NCBI GenBank assembly: GCA_038496445.1
Contig: JALMLS010000150.1
Coordinates: forward strand, 1 to 64,000
Source: Trichosphaerium sp. ATCC 40318
Taxonomy: Eukaryota > Protista > Tubulinea
Direction: 5' to 3'
DNA: 64,000 nucleotides
Part shown: piece after piece, positions 61,960 through 64,000 of the stretch
Layout of the letters: each line of letters opens with the position of its first letter
Numbering within the stretch: the first letter of the stretch is position 1
Made by a program: the position numbers and the translations under genes
The notes under the pieces: model-generated
What the model was told of the DNA's origin: nothing
What the model saw: only the letters and a program-made list of their open reading frames with translations
Database searches by the model: none

Positions 61960-64000
61960 ATGAGCTCTAAGAAGAAGTCACGGTCTCAAAGCAAGGCGTC
62001 AAGGGGAGACGGTGCGTATAAACAAACTGTGTAAACTAACTGAACACATAGATCTTACAAGCAAAGGGTCTTCAAGCCAATCAGCGAAGAATGCCTCTGG
62101 TGCTAAATCAGTACGCGAATAATATCAATTTAGCCTCTGCTATGAGCGCTAGCGCTCTACTAACATCACTGGACTAACTCTTTTCAAGCCCGCACCAAAG
62201 AAGCGAAAAGATGTATCAAAAGAAGTGCCAGAACCCGAACCATATGTATTAGACTACCAAGCTTTCCGTGATAAGCTATACACTCTTTGGAGTAAACCTC
62301 TTGAAAAAATGCCTGTAAACAAGGATCTTTCGCGATTGAGCAAAGAAATACAAATATTTGATGTTGTTAATCAACGGATGGTACATTATATTGTTTTTGG
62401 TCGCTCTGGAAGGGCTGCAACTACTTCTTTTTTGAGTTCGTTATTATTTGGTGTTTTAACGCTATGTTTAGGACTACAGGGACACTCCTAATATATCACA
62501 AGGTGAAAGAGCTTGTAACGTTATGCTTTCTCTGGCAAGAGTGCTTGATGGTCCAGAGGTGGAAGCTAAAGTGGATGCCCTATTGAAGGAGTTTGTGGCT
62601 CATAAAGTAAGGCTTCTTTTTATTTAATTTTGATATTTTTGGCATTGTTTTTACTAAAAATCACGTTTTTGAATTAAAATCACGTGTTATTTGAGAACAA
62701 AAAGGGGTTGCCTATTTTTTTTTTTGTGATTTTCGCTTTTGTGTCCTCCAATTTCTTGTTGTTTTATCTCTCAATTGTGTTATACTAAAATTAATAGGAT
62801 GGAGACGTTGGAGAACAGCTAAGAGGAGTTTTAGCGCGTGTTGACGACGACTGGAATTTTCTTCCTATATTACGGTGTATTAACCAAGAGATTATATCTC
62901 CAGGTGTCATGGAGTTGCGTAAGGGCATATACGGTACCTTTCCGTACAAAGACATCAAGGCAAGCAAATACAATCGATTCTATTATTCGTGAACTAGCGG
63001 ATAATTCCACTAATTTTATTTTCCGCTAACATCATTTGATAGGGATCTTGGCGCGTCTTGATAAACGTACACTCATCTTACGTCACCGTGATACATAAGA
63101 AAGGGGTAAGCATAATTAAAAGACTTCGTAGTGTCTACTAGTAGACATTGTCTGGGTAAATGGATCTTGTTCTAACAGTATGCAGGAGCGATCACATGAA
63201 GAAGGTCTATTTTCTCTCTCTTGGCGCTTTGAAATCAAATTTGACTGGCCAAAATCAAGATGGTCTGATAACAATGGCATGCCTTTCAACGCTGCTGTTA
63301 CTATAACCGATTATAATATCGCAGAAGGGACCACAGAAGAGCGCTCTATATCCACCAGGCCATTTCCTCGTTTTTATTTTATTTTTCTTAAAGTTTTGGT
63401 GTTAAGCCAAAGCGCTATTCTTATTGTTGCTCCTTAATATTGCAAAAATGAAATCACTCAAACGTTATCAAAATTCTTCTCTCCTGAGATAGAGTTCTAT
63501 AGACTATGGAAAAGACCTCTTACTGACCTTCCTGTTCATGAAGATTTAGCGCTTTTAGGTCCACAAGAAATCACGTGTTTTTTTTTCAATAAAAATTTTA
63601 GCTAATAGCTTTATCTCTTAGGCACTAAACTACGAATCTTCGATGGCTCCAAAGGAAACACACTCTATAGAAAGACTATAGGAGATACCAGAGGTAACAA
63701 AATTGATCTACTTGTACTTTATACTAACTCAGTTGTTTTACACTTTAGCTAGCTCTGCCTTGATAAAAGATGTTTTAGTTTTTCTATCAAGTCGATTGGG
63801 ACCACCTGAAACAGTTCCAATAGTACAGAAAGTACTGGAAAACTCTCTTACTCCAAGCACAAAGGATGGCGAAATGTGTCAAGTATTGAACACTTGCTTG
63901 CTTGAGTTACAACAACAATTGAAAGCGAATGGTATCATTAATCCACCTGTACTTCGTATAGTCAAAACATTCAACCACCACGTCATTGAACCATCTGCAC
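61960..64000 (+). CDS. Protein with tandem domains resembling the C-terminal domain of Dictyostelium GflB/GlfB; runs off the window
   Basis: LRCINQEIISP..FPYKDIKGSWRVLI..VIHKKGE..FSLSWRFEIKF. A second unit starts LWKRPLTDLPVHEDL (first unit LWSKPLEKMPVNKDL). One GC-AG intron (about 62960) and one non-canonical intron. Confidence 0.65.

Overview
Gene-dense, intron-rich nuclear DNA (roughly 35-40% GC). Most introns are 45-100 nt with GTACG/GTGCG-type donors. The gene set (GbpD-type cNMP RasGEF, second RasGEF, RapGAP, MyTH4-RhoGAP, filamin-PH) points to an amoebozoan protist. About 27 protein-coding genes or gene copies can be traced. Housekeeping genes include TM9SF3, ERD2, a CAMK-type kinase, a TTLL ligase and glutaredoxin. 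Highlights: (1) A four-copy family of secreted polyprotein precursors with 2-3 tandem six-cysteine cores (C-X3-C-X6-C-X8-C-X6-C-X3-C), each ending in KR and mostly G-KR. This looks like a neuropeptide/toxin-style system of processed, amidated peptides. It occurs as a head-to-head pair around a perfect 22-bp hairpin (51-52.6 kb) and as a rearranged duplicate (21.6-23.4 kb) with a hAT element in its intron. (2) A BRCT-WGR-PARP gene that continues in frame into a pol-beta-type nucleotidyltransferase and ankyrin repeats. (3) A pseudo-receiver plus degenerate PARP-fold region upstream of, and possibly fused to, a RapGAP. (4) An intronless F-box/21-aa LRR gene with hypervariable surface positions, and an F-box/MORN gene. 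(5) Minor-spliceosome-type introns, including a probable AT-AA intron. (6) Several candidate structured RNAs. Exon structures were assembled by eye, so some gene ends are approximate and family assignments need HMM confirmation.
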